A DNA stretch of 64,000 bases from the NCBI GenBank assembly GCA_012295275.1, contig CM022672.1:24862001-24926000 (forward strand), in the 5' to 3' direction. Both the position numbers and the translations under genes were made by a program. The notes under the pieces are model-generated. The model searched no databases and was not told the origin of the DNA. It saw only the letters and a program-made list of their open reading frames with translations. The DNA comes from Chrysomallon squamiferum. Lineage: Eukaryota; Animalia; Mollusca. Shown here one piece after another: positions 13,816 to 27,764 of this stretch (position 1 is the stretch's first letter; each line of letters opens with the position of its first letter).

Positions 13816-15389
13816 ATTCTTAAATAAATTAAATAAGTAAACAAAGAATCCAAAGAAATCCTAAATACTTGTTGCATCCAAAGAGAGCGAGTTTTACAAA
13901 AAACGTAATGAAACAAACTTCTTGGGAGGGTTTTGGTTTGTGAAATAGACCAAAGAAAAAATAAAAATAAAAAGAGAAAAAGAGAAAAAAATCAACACTC
14001 TACGTTTTATTATTATTATTATTATTATTATTACGAACTGTTTAACCCTACAAAACTCTAGACAAAACAGAGGGTTGGTCTCTGCCCCACCCACCTCCTT
14101 TTTGACATTCTGCTGGTGAGTTTTCTGCATTCACCGCCGGTTTAACGTGACTCACCATCTCGCACCAGATCCCTCGCACGGCTAGGAAGTGTGTTTATCT
14201 CAAACACTAAGTGGTGTAAAATATATATCAGCATAAAGCCAAGGGGAGGGTAGGTACCACGAAGGGCTTTTGTCGTCGTTTGCTATTATGTGTGCGTATA
14301 GGCATCATTCATTTTATACTTGTCAAGTGTATTATGTGTCTTATAATAAAAACTAAATTCACCACCTGCTGGCATGGATAAATAAGTCACCCCCACAAAC
14401 GAGGAGTTTTCTTTCTTTTTTTTTTTTTTTGTCATTCAGAAACGTTTAAACTGAATATAAACAGTGAATTGAAATAGTTTGGATATTTGGTAAAAAAAAA
14501 AAAAAGACTGTCTATTAAAGGAAATACAAATAGTATAATATTGTTACACGTGTTTTCTTATGATATATATTGGTATCGTACTACGTTGAATGGTGTAACT
14601 ATGAATATAATTATGTGAAATAAAAATGTGTAGGTTTCTAACTAAAATTTATGTTTTAATTTTTGTTAATTTTTGTTAATTTTTGTTAATTTTTAACCTT
14701 CACAATGTAATTATTATTATAAGAACTTCTGCTGCTGCTAATACTACTGCAGCTTTACAAGTAATAATAATAATGATGATGATGATGTTGATGATGATGA
14801 CGATAATGATAATGGTAAAAAAAAATATATATATATATATATAAATCAGGTATAAACAGATTAACAATAATACATTATTTTAGTCATTAATTTAAAAAAA
14901 AAAATACGGATTTAGTAAATAAACAATTAAATATTAATTTTAGCCAGTAAATAATTATATTTGATCTAGTTCTAATTTACCACATCGTTTCACGGGAAAA
15001 GTTTCTTTTATTTCTGATTTAGAACTAAAATATTTCTAACATTAAGAGACGTGGTGTTATTTAACTTTCGTCCCACGAGTAAATTCAATTGATTTTCGAA
15101 ACTAGACCATTCATTCTGCTGTCAACTTGTTACTTTGGTTTTCCCGTATTTAAAGATTTCTCCAAGTAAACATCGCTTGAGATGGTAAATTATTTATGCA
15201 TTTCATTTATTTATAGCACTTATATTGTTGCTGTTGTTATTATTATTACTGTTATAGTATATATTTGTTCACTTATTAAATTAATTTATTATTATTTTGA
15301 TTGATGTTATTGTTGTCATAATATATGTTCGCTTGTGTTATTATTTACTTATTGATTAATTAATTAATTATTTTATTTATTTATTTACC

Positions 15390-15440
<51 letters not shown>

Positions 15441-15442
15441 AA

Positions 15443-15476
<34 letters not shown>

Positions 15477-15557
15477 TTTTTATTATTAAATAATTTTTTA
15501 TTTATTTATTTAGTCATTTATTTTTATGTTTTTAATTAATTACTTTATTTATTTATC

Positions 15558-15588
<31 letters not shown>

Positions 15589-16108
15589 TTAATTCTTATT
15601 TTTAATTCTTCTTCTTGTTCTTCTTCTTCTTCTTCTTATTATTATTATTATTATATTATTTTGGTATTGTATTAAGTCAGAATAAATATATATATATATA
15701 TATTTTTTTGTTATTAATTATCTTGATTTGAAATGAAATGGTAGAAATGAAAATAAAGATTTGATACATTTTTACACCTATTTCTGTGGTTATTTATTAT
15801 AATTACCTGTTTTATTTCTATATAATATCTTTTATTAACATCATAATTTAAATTAAATAACGCATTTAAAAGCTTGTATTTACGGAGTATATATATATAT
15901 ATTCAGTATCATTTATTCTTGACACAGGTATGGCTTCTTATTCTTGCTTATTCGTTTATAAACAATATTTAATTAATTAGCATTTATTTGTTATTAATAA
16001 TACAGCAGTAATTAATTTATTTCGCTTTATTTTTCAGTATCTAATTATAAATCTACTTGCAAATAAACAGAATGGCTGTGTATTAAGTTGTATATTGTTT
16101 TGTTTTAG
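10587..16108 (+). other. Lhx2/9: Phase-0 GT-AG intron splitting the Lhx2/9 homeodomain between Q and VWFQN
   Basis: gt at 10587, tgttttag ending at 16108; joining gives the contiguous KRVLQVWFQNARAKYRR. Confidence 0.95.
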
Positions 16109-16384
16109 GTATGGTTTCAGAACGCCAGAGCGAAATATCGCCGAAATCTACTCAAACAGCAGCAGGATCAAGGGAAGGACGAACAAGGTCAAGGCGGCAC
16201 AGACGCAGAGAAGATGGAAGACTCCTCATCCATGCACGATATGAGTCAGGATCACTCCCCTGGACTGTCGGACATCAGTTCCAGCCCCTCCCTGCCCGAT
16301 CTTCACACTCCGACCCTGGAGGCCGATCAGAGCACCAACAGCATTTCAGACCTCTTCTCCAACTCCATTGCGTCAATAAACTAA
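16109..16384 (+). CDS. Lhx2/9: Lhx2/9 terminal coding exon: VWFQNARAKYRRNLLKQQQDQG...SDLFSNSIASIN*
   Basis: 276 nt in frame from GTA TGG TTT CAG AAC to TAA at 16382-16384; completes helix 3, followed by a Ser/Asp-rich tail. This frame is not the one shown in the ORF track. Confidence 0.96.
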   Translation, partial: VWFQNARAKYRRNLLKQQQDQGKDEQGQGGTDAEKMEDSSSMHDMSQDHSPGLSDISSSPSLPDLHTPTLEADQSTNSISDLFSNSIASIN

Positions 16385-17543
16385 ATCTGAACACAAGCTG
16401 GTGTTAAGAAATTGTTCAGTTTCTGGTCAGTGTCATCTTGGTTTGAAATGTAAAGCACATAAAAATAAACAACAATAACTATGTATTGCTGGATTCTCGA
16501 ATCAACGGACCAACTGCAGTGTATCCGATATTTTATAACAAACACATTCAATGAATCGTTGAAAATACATGTTACATGAAAACAAGAAGAAGCACTTTGC
16601 CATAGCCACCATTTATTCAAAATCTTAAGATGTATCTGTCATAGCGATTCTTGCGTTGTTAATACTTTTGGCTGTACAGACAGTTTTGTGGGTCAATAAT
16701 AACATCGCCTTGAACATTGTTTGTCGGATACAGTTCCATCATCATGTGGCAGAAATGTTATAGGAGTTTTCAAGAAGATTAGAAGAAAATGTAAAATGAA
16801 CTACATCTATCATCAGACCAAAGCCTTCAATCGGTATTAAATGTTATTCATCTTCATTTTCATGATATTTTTGAAAAGACATCGATCAAGGTATCTTGAT
16901 ACGTGCTGTCAGAATGTTTTTTTGAAAATAATCCTGAAACAAAAAACTTCCATCTGATTTCCTAAAATGGCATTTGTTTTCAAAATATGTCTACCTTTCG
17001 ATCTAGCTTACAAACTGACTGTAGAACTGTCTTTACAAAACCAAGGACTTTGCTTTTAGCGAACATGTACAGAACCGTCCCCACCTCAATGACATGGATT
17101 TGTGGCATTTCAGAACTGTGACCAACTGTTGTAATATTCTTGTATTTGTTTCCAAAAACCAAAGTTTTCATTTTTCTACACTTCTGACATCCGAGTTACG
17201 ACCATACGCATTCCACGAAATGACAGTGCTGCAGTTCTTCTCAAATGTTTATCTGAAGAGTTACCTTTCACTTTCATCTGAACGTTTGTTGTCGAAATTG
17301 TGTTACTAGTGATCCATTTTATAGCGATCAGTGGTTTAATATTGTCCATCATACATACAACTGTTCCAGAAATGATCGCATGTGTGTTTAAGAAAAGGAG
17401 CCAATTAATTCTTCCAAATATATTATTTATAAATAATTATACATATACCAAATATATATTACATACAATCTACATAAGTGGATCCTCACTATCTTTATAT
17501 TAAATACTCTTAGAAACAGATATTGTAAAACTATTTTGCACAT

Positions 17544-17581
<38 letters not shown>

Positions 17582-18436
17582 TGTTACACAGCTTTTGCAT
17601 AATTTTGAGAGAAAAAAAAAGATTTTATTATTATATCTATAGAGTAACTGCGTTTCATAGATTTAAAACATTTGAAAATTAAACTAAATATGAGAATTCC
17701 AGTGAAAATGTTTTTTAGGTGTGTAAGACGACCTTTTTTTTCACCAACTGACTTCCATACTTAATAGATTAAAAGTTATTGTATTACAGTTATTTTTGTA
17801 GTCAATATTTAAACTATAGTCATTAAGAGAAATGCGTTTATAAACTCAGAAACTGTGCAGAACAGTTTGTAAATGATGCAGAATAAAAACATACGCATAA
17901 ACAATCATACTCTTACATCTATCTTAAGTGCATTAAATTTTATATTTATATTTTTTGTTATTAATTTTTATCTTTTTTTTTTTTTTTATTTTTATAATAT
18001 TTTTTATTTTCATTTTTTTTGCAATCATGACATATTAAAATTGTAGGTGTCCTTCTCCTGATTTTTTGTGATCATTTCTGGTACATCATTTATTGTTTGT
18101 CCTTTGTTAAAGTGCTATATTGATAATTATGTTTTATAGTCCTAATGTAAAAAGAACGATCTCACACTTATTATAACTGTTACATGTTAGTTCAAATCTG
18201 TAAAGAACTCGTTTTCTGTCTTGCAGTATTTATTTATAAGGCCAGTTCAAAGTTGGAGCCTTGTATTATGCTTTAATACGAATTTCCTGTGTTTAATATA
18301 TTGTAAATCTTTCAAAATTGTTTTATTTTAACAGTTTCTTGCACCGCAGATTTGTAATATCAGTTTGATTGATGACTGCAACGGCCAATTAAGTTTTACA
18401 ATATTTTCGATATTTATTTATTTATTTATTTATTTA

Positions 18437-18505
<69 letters not shown>

Positions 18506-20000
18506 TTTTTTTTGTGTCCATTTGTCTTTTCTACTTCCTATCTTTCTTCTTCTTTTGTTTTCTCAATCGCAGATATGAAGTTTTGTACCGATGCACCACA
18601 TGTCGTCCATGACTGTTAGTCAAATGTATCCCAGACGCGCTGATCTTGTATCACAAAAATGTCTAAAATCAGCAACACCACCACGTCTGCATCCATTTGA
18701 TTTTAAGAGCAGACGTGAAGCGTATGTGTTGGCATTTGCATGTTTTCAGCTTGCTGCAAGGGCGGATAGAACCGAATTACCTCTGGAAGAGTCTGGTCCT
18801 CATTCGAACAGTGGACATTCTATATGGAATATTAACCTTACGTCTGCAACCGAACTGCATGAGATGCACGAGCAAACGTAAAACACATTTTTACGCAAAT
18901 TCGTAGGTTTCCAACATGGGCGGAGATGGGGCCGTGCTAACCTCGCTTGGTTCTGGAGATCGTTACGTTTTGTAAAGAAGACATTCACAATGGCCAGCAC
19001 CGCAGCGATGAAGTTTTATAGCTTTCATATCGTCTGCGGTTTCACGACCAGGCGTGGTCTCGATAACAACTACATATTTACGACAGCGTCTTACTGCTTG
19101 GTAACAACGAGGTCGCCTCTTCTAATGTTTCTTTTCGCCGTAGTTTGAGCCTGGTGTCTGATCACGGATCGTTGCAATCTTTCTGTTTCGCCTTGTGGTT
19201 AATTACAAGAGATAGTTTTATCCATTAAAGCAGTTACGAACCAAATGGTAAATATTACAATTACCGACAAGTCTAAAAGTACAAACACCAACACCCATCC
19301 GCACCCTCACTCTATGTCCCTCACCCAAACATCCACATATCCACACACATTTTATTTTCTATGTTGAATAGTCAAGAAAATCTATCAGATGGGCATTAAT
19401 TTGAAGAAGCTCCCTTTAAAGAAATGATATCAAACTATTTATTAATGTTATAATTTTTTTTTTCCTCTTTTCAAGTTTAGCATAAGACATGAATTATATC
19501 CTTTGTAAAGAAGCGTTTTCATTTTTTTTTTTTTAAACTTGAAGAGTTTTTTCTTCTTCAAGAAAAATATCTATGTTTTCTTTTTACTTATTCAGAACTT
19601 TAATTTATGGTGCGTTTTTCTTCTTTTTATTCTTGATTTTTTTTTTTTTTGTTTGTGTGTTTTTTAAACTCTATAACAAGTTAATCAAAGCTTTTTATAC
19701 TGTTTTTAATTATTATTATTATTTTAAACTGTTATTTTATATACTTTTATCAACATATTATTATTTTTTTTTTTTTTCTTAAAAACAAGAAGAAAATAAT
19801 GAACAAATAAAAAAATAAAAATGTATTTACACGTACATGGTGATTGTTTTGGTTCAGACAGTGAAACAGATTTTGAAAGTATGTTCAAGAAAACTGCCAC
19901 ACCAACCAGATGAAGCGGGGATTATGTTGTATATTTTGTAAGGATATTTTGTAAATACGAGAGCCTATCCCATGTGAAAATCTGTATTTTAGCTGTGAAA
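16385..20000 (+). other. Lhx2/9: Probable long 3' UTR of Lhx2/9 (3' end uncertain)
   Basis: Mostly non-repetitive sequence after the stop; AATAAA hexamers near 16464 and 17882; AU-rich TATTTATTTAT near 18227; TGTAAATA at 19950. The extent is an inference. Confidence 0.45.
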
Positions 20001-20300
20001 GCCTAGTACATATTGTTTGCAGTCTGTTATTTTAGTGTATACCGCTCAACAAAAATTAATCAGTGATACGTACTAAAATTATGACTTTAGCCTTAATGTT
20101 AATAATGAATCGTCTGTTGCATTATTTACAAATTTCTCTTTGAAATTAACATTTTTCTCATAAAAATAATTCAATTTTTAAAAATCGAATATAAAGACTA
20201 ATTTATATTATGTTATAAAATATATGTTTTACAGAAATACATTCTTAAACAGTTTTTTTTTTAAATAAATAAAACTACAATTACTATTATTGTTGAAGTA

Positions 20301-20356
<56 letters not shown>

Positions 20357-20755
20357 AAATTAAAAATAAAATAATTTTTTTTTTTTTTTTTTTTTTTTTG
20401 AAACATTTCTGATCTCTTAACAAATTTAATAAATATTTTATTTATCATTTGATAGTTAATTATACGGCACATAGCTTTTGTGTTAGTGTCGCTTTTGCTA
20501 ATTGTTTAGGATGGTTTTTCGTTTGATTTTTTTTTTTTCTCCTTCTTATGTCTCATTATCTACTGTTTATACTAGTGTAATTCGACCTCAGTCATTTTAA
20601 TGATTACCTAGTTACGGTTCAACGTCACAAACTATTGTGTACTACGTCATAATGTATTGCAGTTTTGCAGTAATGGTGTGATCTTATTGGTTACATCGTG
20701 CACAAGGAAATAAATATGTCATTAAACATTTAAGGACTTGTTTTCTGTAACAAAG

Positions 20756-20867
<112 letters not shown>

Positions 20868-21373
20868 TAATAATGAAATATCCAAAGTTCTTTTTACTTT
20901 TGTTTTGAGTACGGTATTTGAACATGAAGTTAATGAACATTTGATTAGCATATAATGATAACATGTCTAGATAAGGACAGCGAGTGGAAAATGATAACTA
21001 AAAACAGGCACTTTAAGGAGCACTGTCTTCACAAAAATATTAAAGATTGAATATATATTCAAAAATTATAATGCAGTGTTTTTAAACAAAATATTTAGAT
21101 TAAACGTGAAAGCCGTTTTGAGCTCTGGGGGCACTGTGTTTTGTTTTGTATATATTTTGATTTGTTATTTGACTCATTTTTATTTTATTATTTTTGTTTT
21201 ATTTCTTTGTGATATTTCTTTTATTATATTTTTATTTATTTTTGTTTTTGTTTATTATTTTTGTATATTTGGCTTTTTTTCGAAGGAGATGTTACCAGTT
21301 ATCGATTTAGTTTTCTCTGACACAACATTTCATCAGCCCGTTTTAATTTATTTATATCACTACCACTGACCAT

Positions 21374-21404
<31 letters not shown>

Positions 21405-21504
21405 TTTCAACACAGCGTTTCCATTACCAATAGAACATCATCAGAAATCTTTCTTTCTCAGTATTCTGCCGTCTTACTTCTGTTAATTAAGAGCATAACT
21501 TTAA

Positions 21505-21730
21505 AAAGATTTCCTCGGTTTCAATGCATTCAAGCCGAAGCAAGTTGAAAGGCTGGAACGTTGTATCCTGAAGGCGCTGGATGTTTTGTTTGCACGGAGA
21601 CAATGAAGAAATTACACTGTCAGTCTCTCCGGGTAGACTTGTGTCAGAAGAGAAGACCTTCTGTGGTTGCCATTCGCCGACCACGAATCCCTGCAAGGAA
21701 AGGCAAAGGTGGATAAAAGGAAAATGGCTT
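21505..21730 (+). pseudogene. Possible degenerate RecQ-like helicase N-terminal fragment
   Basis: KDFLGFNAFKPKQVERLERCILKALDVL resembles the RecQ Q-motif region (FGY..FRPGQ.E.I..VL.G.D.L). After a stop and frameshifts it reads ..CQSL...RPSVVAI(S)P..SLQ...VDK, resembling YQ.P....VVVSPL.SLM.DQVD. Walker A is not recognisable. Confidence 0.25.
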
Positions 21731-22072
21731 AATTAGAAGAAGTTGCTCCAACCCTTGAGGAGCTGGAAACGATTTTTGGTGGCGGTCTTCTATGACTTCC
21801 GGTACAGTCCTTGTCGCGTCAGACGAGCTGAAGGCAGTGTTGTTACACCGCAGTTGACGTTGTAGCGTAGTTTACAGTTTTGGAGATGACTTTCACTTTT
21901 TCTTTCTCTCCTTCTTTTAAGACAAGCATACGTTCTTTATTAAAAGTGTCAAAATAGTTGTCAAAATAAAAGTAAAAAAAAAAAATAAAATTAAATTAAA
22001 TAAGCATATCTAAAATACGTTATTTAGGAATCTGTGAATATGATAAGCCATAATAGTAATAATAATAAGAAG

Positions 22073-22158
<86 letters not shown>

Positions 22159-23883
22159 CAAACTGGTGTTATTCATTTCTGTTTATTTAAACTGTTCGAT
22201 CAACGATAGCAAATTTGCACTTTCCCTTAGTTTCACCGAAAAACCGTCTCTGTGCAAACTGACAATTTCCTTCGGATATAAGCATTGTATACTTATCATC
22301 CGCTAATTTCCCCCACCCCAGATAGACATCTCGTTACGAATAACGAATGTAAATAACATTAGGTTCTTTCGCGTCGGTGAGAACAAATATGTGTACTGTT
22401 TTTACAGCGCGAGGAGAAAACGTTTCTAAACGTAGGTGTCGCTCGGCAAACACCGAGGTGCAAATCCGGTCTGAAGAAAGGGTGGAAGTTAAACAAAGAA
22501 GAACAATCGTGTCCAGTTCACGTTACTCCGTCCTTTCTTCAGTATCTTCTGTTATCACACGTGAACGCCGAGTGGAGTGTATAATATTTGCTGAATTCGA
22601 GGGTAGTTTGCACACATTTTTATACTTCTTCATCACGTGATGTCGTTTACCCTCTTGTTTTCAAAGTCCACCGCGGTTTGTTTACCTTTCCTTTCAGTTT
22701 ACTAACTGCTTGAACAAAAGAGACAAATTTATAAACGTAGAGAAGTTCTCAGTAACGTGTGTGTGTTTGCTTCACAATAAAAGTTTGCACTTGTACTAAC
22801 TGCTCGATGTTTTTTTTTACCTCTTAAAATCACTCTCAATCAACTTGCTCCTGAATTATTCAGACACTGACCTCTTCTTTTGAAAAGTAAGTGCTTTGTT
22901 TCCAGCAGCAGTGAGAAAAATACACTCACGAAAACATACAAAGTGGATAATATAGGGTGCAGATTGAAACTTGAAGTTTCTAGATTATATAATTGCAATA
23001 TCCAGAATGTAATGTGTTTAATAGTCGACAGATCACAGGACTGGGAGATTATTACATTAAGAGAGCAGACTGCAGGTCAAAGATTAATCACAGACAGAAT
23101 GCTTCACTCAGCTGGTTTATCTCTGCTGCTTCTATCTGCGACTGGTTAGTGCAGGCCGTTTTGTGAGCTCTTCTATAAGCCGGATGGTGTATCGTTTGTT
23201 TCTAATGAATTAGTTTTGTCTGAAGACTTCTTGCTAAAAAATAAATGTTAGACATACAGCAGTCGATGATGGTTGTTTGGTTTTCGTTTTAAATAAAGAA
23301 ATATGTATCCATGCATGCATTCAAATTACATTCACATACTGACAAACGCACATACATTTACTCGCATTGATGTATTATACATTTTCAAACAGCACAATCA
23401 CATAAAACATCAATTTATCCTTACTGTTTCAACATGCGTCACCATTTGAAAAACATTAGCAAATATTCCACAAAACCCTTTGAATTAAAACAGAACCTAC
23501 GAATAACTCTGCTCGGAAAACAAACACGGCCTACACGTGCATTTATTGCGTGCAGATTGGGAAGAACTGATGCTGAAACACATTGCTGACACATGGTCAG
23601 CTCATGTGGGTAGCAGGTTGTTCGTACCTCAAGCTGGGTTTAATCAGTCGTTGTTTCGAAATCGGTGCACGAACTGCACGTGTTTCCTCATCAACGAGGT
23701 AACTTCAGTGTTGTGATCATTTTGTGCGGAGTAAAATTAGTGAAAAATAGATATTATTTTTTTTAAAGTTAATTGAAGAAAAAAGTCATCTGTCTAAAAC
23801 ACGTTGAAAGTAGTCATAATTAGCCGAAATTTTACAATGTAATAATTAAATTAATAAAATGATTTTCTCATTGATGATATTTT

Positions 23884-23981
<98 letters not shown>

Positions 23982-24550
23982 TAGCACTACTACTACTTTT
24001 TTTATTGTACTATACATTAGATAAAGTAATAGCTCTATTTTTTTCACCTACTCATTAACGCTTTTATAAAACAAACACTTGAATTCTATCACCACGAATG
24101 AAAACTTGTAGTCCAGAAATCTGTCATCATCCAGCCTCTGTTATTATTTCACAGGTTCTCTTTGTATGTCAACGCTTTTCATCAATTTGAAAATGAGGCC
24201 TCGCGTATATTCTGTTGGCCTTTCCACCTCTCGATCAGAGCATCTTCCAGTAAACCATCCATCTTGTTACGTCACGTGAAGACAGGGCTTTGCCTAAAAC
24301 CACGATATCTGTCCCCACTTGGTTATTGATAAAGCTGATTCTGTAGTCATATCTGTATAAGATTCGGTATTGCGTGGAAATGATGTATCAGTATGTTTAA
24401 AGGTGGCTGCCTTCCGAAACCACCGTACGTAACGAAAGAAAAATGTAAAAAGAAACCTTGGCTGATTGTGAATATTATTAACAAATTAAATATAAATGCA
24501 AATTAACGGCAAAATGAAATTAACTTACTACTACAACAACAACAACAACA

Positions 24551-24594
<44 letters not shown>

Positions 24595-24733
24595 TACTAC
24601 TACTACTACTATTACTACTACTAATAATAATCATAATAATAATAATAACAGTAGTAGCTGAAGACAATGACTTAGCAGCAGTTTATGATTTTTACTGTTG
24701 TTTATGAAGGTGATGGTTGTGATCCTTGTTTTA

Positions 24734-24779
<46 letters not shown>

Positions 24780-24891
24780 TTTTTTTTATTATTATTGTTA
24801 CTTTTATTATTATTATTATTATATTATAATTGTGCATTATTAACAATATAACAATACTAACTGAAACAACAACAACAACAACAACAACAAC

Positions 24892-24932
<41 letters not shown>

Positions 24933-25550
24933 GAAGAAGAAGAAGAAGAAGAAGAAAAAGAAATGTAATTATAATTTTCAAATATTACTTTGTTTAACAT
25001 GTAAATAAAATATACCGTTTTCATAATTGTAATTTCTTCTTTAACATGATATAAATGTGATCGCAATTTCCACTGTGAGGCATTTCGTGGCTATTCCTTT
25101 TGATGTTGATTTAATACAGTACTATCAAAACTTGAAATGATATAACCACGATATAACCACGATATTACGTCTCCTAAAATACCTTATTCTTAAGTATCCG
25201 AACGTATGCTGTGATGTTGACCAGGCGCTGCTACGTTATGACGTCACTGTATTTAGATATTACGTCACAGTTGTGCCAAAAATTTCGCCTGATAATGACC
25301 AGCAGGAAGTCCGAAAGAATGGTGTGACCAGAAACAGGGAAACAGTAATTTTGTTCGTCTGTTATCGTCAGCGCGTTAATTGCCACCATCGTTCAAAATG
25401 TTAAGTATGTCAGGTGCATCGCGACAAACGTCTTTGAGATATGAATAAGGAGCAGAAATACAGTCGACAGAACAAGTTTTGTCAATACTGAACTACCGCA
25501 AAATCTTATTAATTAAAGAAAACCATATTAATCCTTTTTTTCCATTACAC

Positions 25551-25605
<55 letters not shown>

Positions 25606-26064
25606 AGTTCGGGATTTCAGAAAAGTATGTGGGTGTGCTATTATTGTGGTGGACATTATTTTTAAAACTTTCTATTTATATTTATTTGAAGTAAAAAATT
25701 TAAAAAAATAAAAAATAATAATAAATCAAAATTATATACTTTTGTTATCGTTATTTCTTGAAATAAAAACATTATGTATGGACATTTTCAGAAACATGTT
25801 TACGCAGAATAAAAAAGTGTGTAACAAATAAAAAGACGATTCTGAATATAAATTCAATATACATTTTTTCATTCTAATTAGTTTTATACATTATGTAATG
25901 TATGTCAATTATTTTCTGTATAATTGTTTCTAAGACAAATTCCAAAATTCTAGTCTAATTAATCAAAGAGTCCACTCTACAGTTACAGGCAGTACTAGTT
26001 GTCAGAAAACAGTTAAATGAATTTAGAGAATCTACTCTTTTTGTGGAATTTTTTGCCAGACATG

Positions 26065-26148
26065 TATATCGTTTTATTTATAAATTGCTATATATCATTT
26101 TAGTTGTAAATTACTATATATCATTTTTACTTATAAACTGCTGTATAA

Positions 26149-26183
<35 letters not shown>

Positions 26184-26555
26184 TATTTATTTATTTATTT
26201 ATAAATTGCTGTATATCTTTTCATTTATAGATTGCTTTATATCTTTTTATTTAAAATTTACTATATTTTTATTTATAAATTTCTATATATATTTATAATT
26301 TACGAATTTCTATATATTTCTTTATTTATAATATGCTGTATATCTCTTTATTTGTAAACTGGTATGTATATTTTTATTTATAAATTGCTATGTATCTTTT
26401 TACTTATAAATTACTATATATCTTTTTACTTATATATTGGTATATATATTTTTATTTATAAATTGTTATTTATCTATTTATTTATAATCTGCTACATATC
26501 TGTTTATTTTTAAATTGCTCTTTATCTTTTTCATTTATTTTCTGCTGACTATCTT
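26065..26555. repeat. Degenerate AT-rich minisatellite, unit about 26 bp (TTTTATTTATAAATTGCTATATATCT-like)
   Basis: Recurring TAAATTGCTATATATC motif at 26-27 nt spacing (26081, 26107, 26134 ...). Confidence 0.8.
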
Positions 26556-27674
26556 TTTAGTTAATTCCCTTTTCTTTTTCTCTCATTTTGGTTATTTTTC
26601 ATGTTTTATCAAATTGTAATTAAAGCCGATATTCAAATCCAACATCTCAGCTATATTAAACAGTAATACCACGGAGACATCAGAAGGAAAAAAAACCCAA
26701 ACAAACAAATATATATATGTTATCTATAAACTCGCTTTATTATTGTTTCGAATTGGAAAGGGAATGATTTGTCACAATTCTTGTCTTTATTACATTAAAA
26801 CCCAAATAATATGTGAGATACACAGTTTTATTGCTTAATGTGTATTGGTTTATTTTTCTTCTTCTTCTTCTTTTTCTTCTTCTTATAATAATAATAAGAA
26901 GAAGAAGAAGAAGAAGAAAGAAGAAGAAGAAGAAGAAGAAGAAGCAAAGAGTCAGGGAAACGTACAACAGGAGAGATGGTCGTTCACCACACTTAGTACT
27001 TTTAACTTTTCCGGAGGGCGTTATGTAGGCCAGGTAGTAGATCCACTTAAAAACTAACTTTAACTTACACACTGTGTCCACGCGTTTGTCTGTGTTGAGT
27101 CGGCGGCAGCAACAAGTATCAAAGGAGACACGTGTCAGGAGTGGACAAGGCCTGATAGTCTGTTAATGAGCGCCCCGAGACAGCTTCTGAAGATCTACAC
27201 GTACTCGTTAATCATCCCTCTTCGCTAATTGGCAAATACTAGCAAACCTGAAACAGACCATAAACAGCGTATCTTCAGTGCAAGATAACACGTTATGGGT
27301 AATAAAACTGGGATTGTCCATGCCGTGTTTGGAAATTCATAAACCTGCGGGAATGCCAAGATAACGCGGTCGTTGGAGATGTCCTCACGGAAATACTCAG
27401 AAGTGGGCCAGACGCACCGCGCTCATCACAGCACTGATGAGTGTGGGCAAGATCGATCTTCCTTGATTTGTCCGCGGAGTATTCACTGTTCCAACCACGG
27501 CCTCAGTAGGGGTACATATTTATTTATTTATATGACTGATTAATAAAAATTTAGATACATTTGCCTAATCTCTAAATTAATGATTATAATTCAAATTATT
27601 CAGATTTTCTTTATATATCAGTATCATTTTAAGATAAGAAGATTAAAATGATGATGATCATGCTGATTATTATA

Positions 27675-27764
<90 letters not shown>

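Noticed and set aside
16111-16407. 98-aa ORF MVSERQSEIS...
   Set aside because: Alternative frame overlapping the real Lhx2/9 terminal exon; no independent support.
21832-21855. AGGCAGTGTTGTTAC resembling the miR-34/449 5' end
   Set aside because: Similarity ends after about 14 nt and there is no complementary star arm to form a hairpin.
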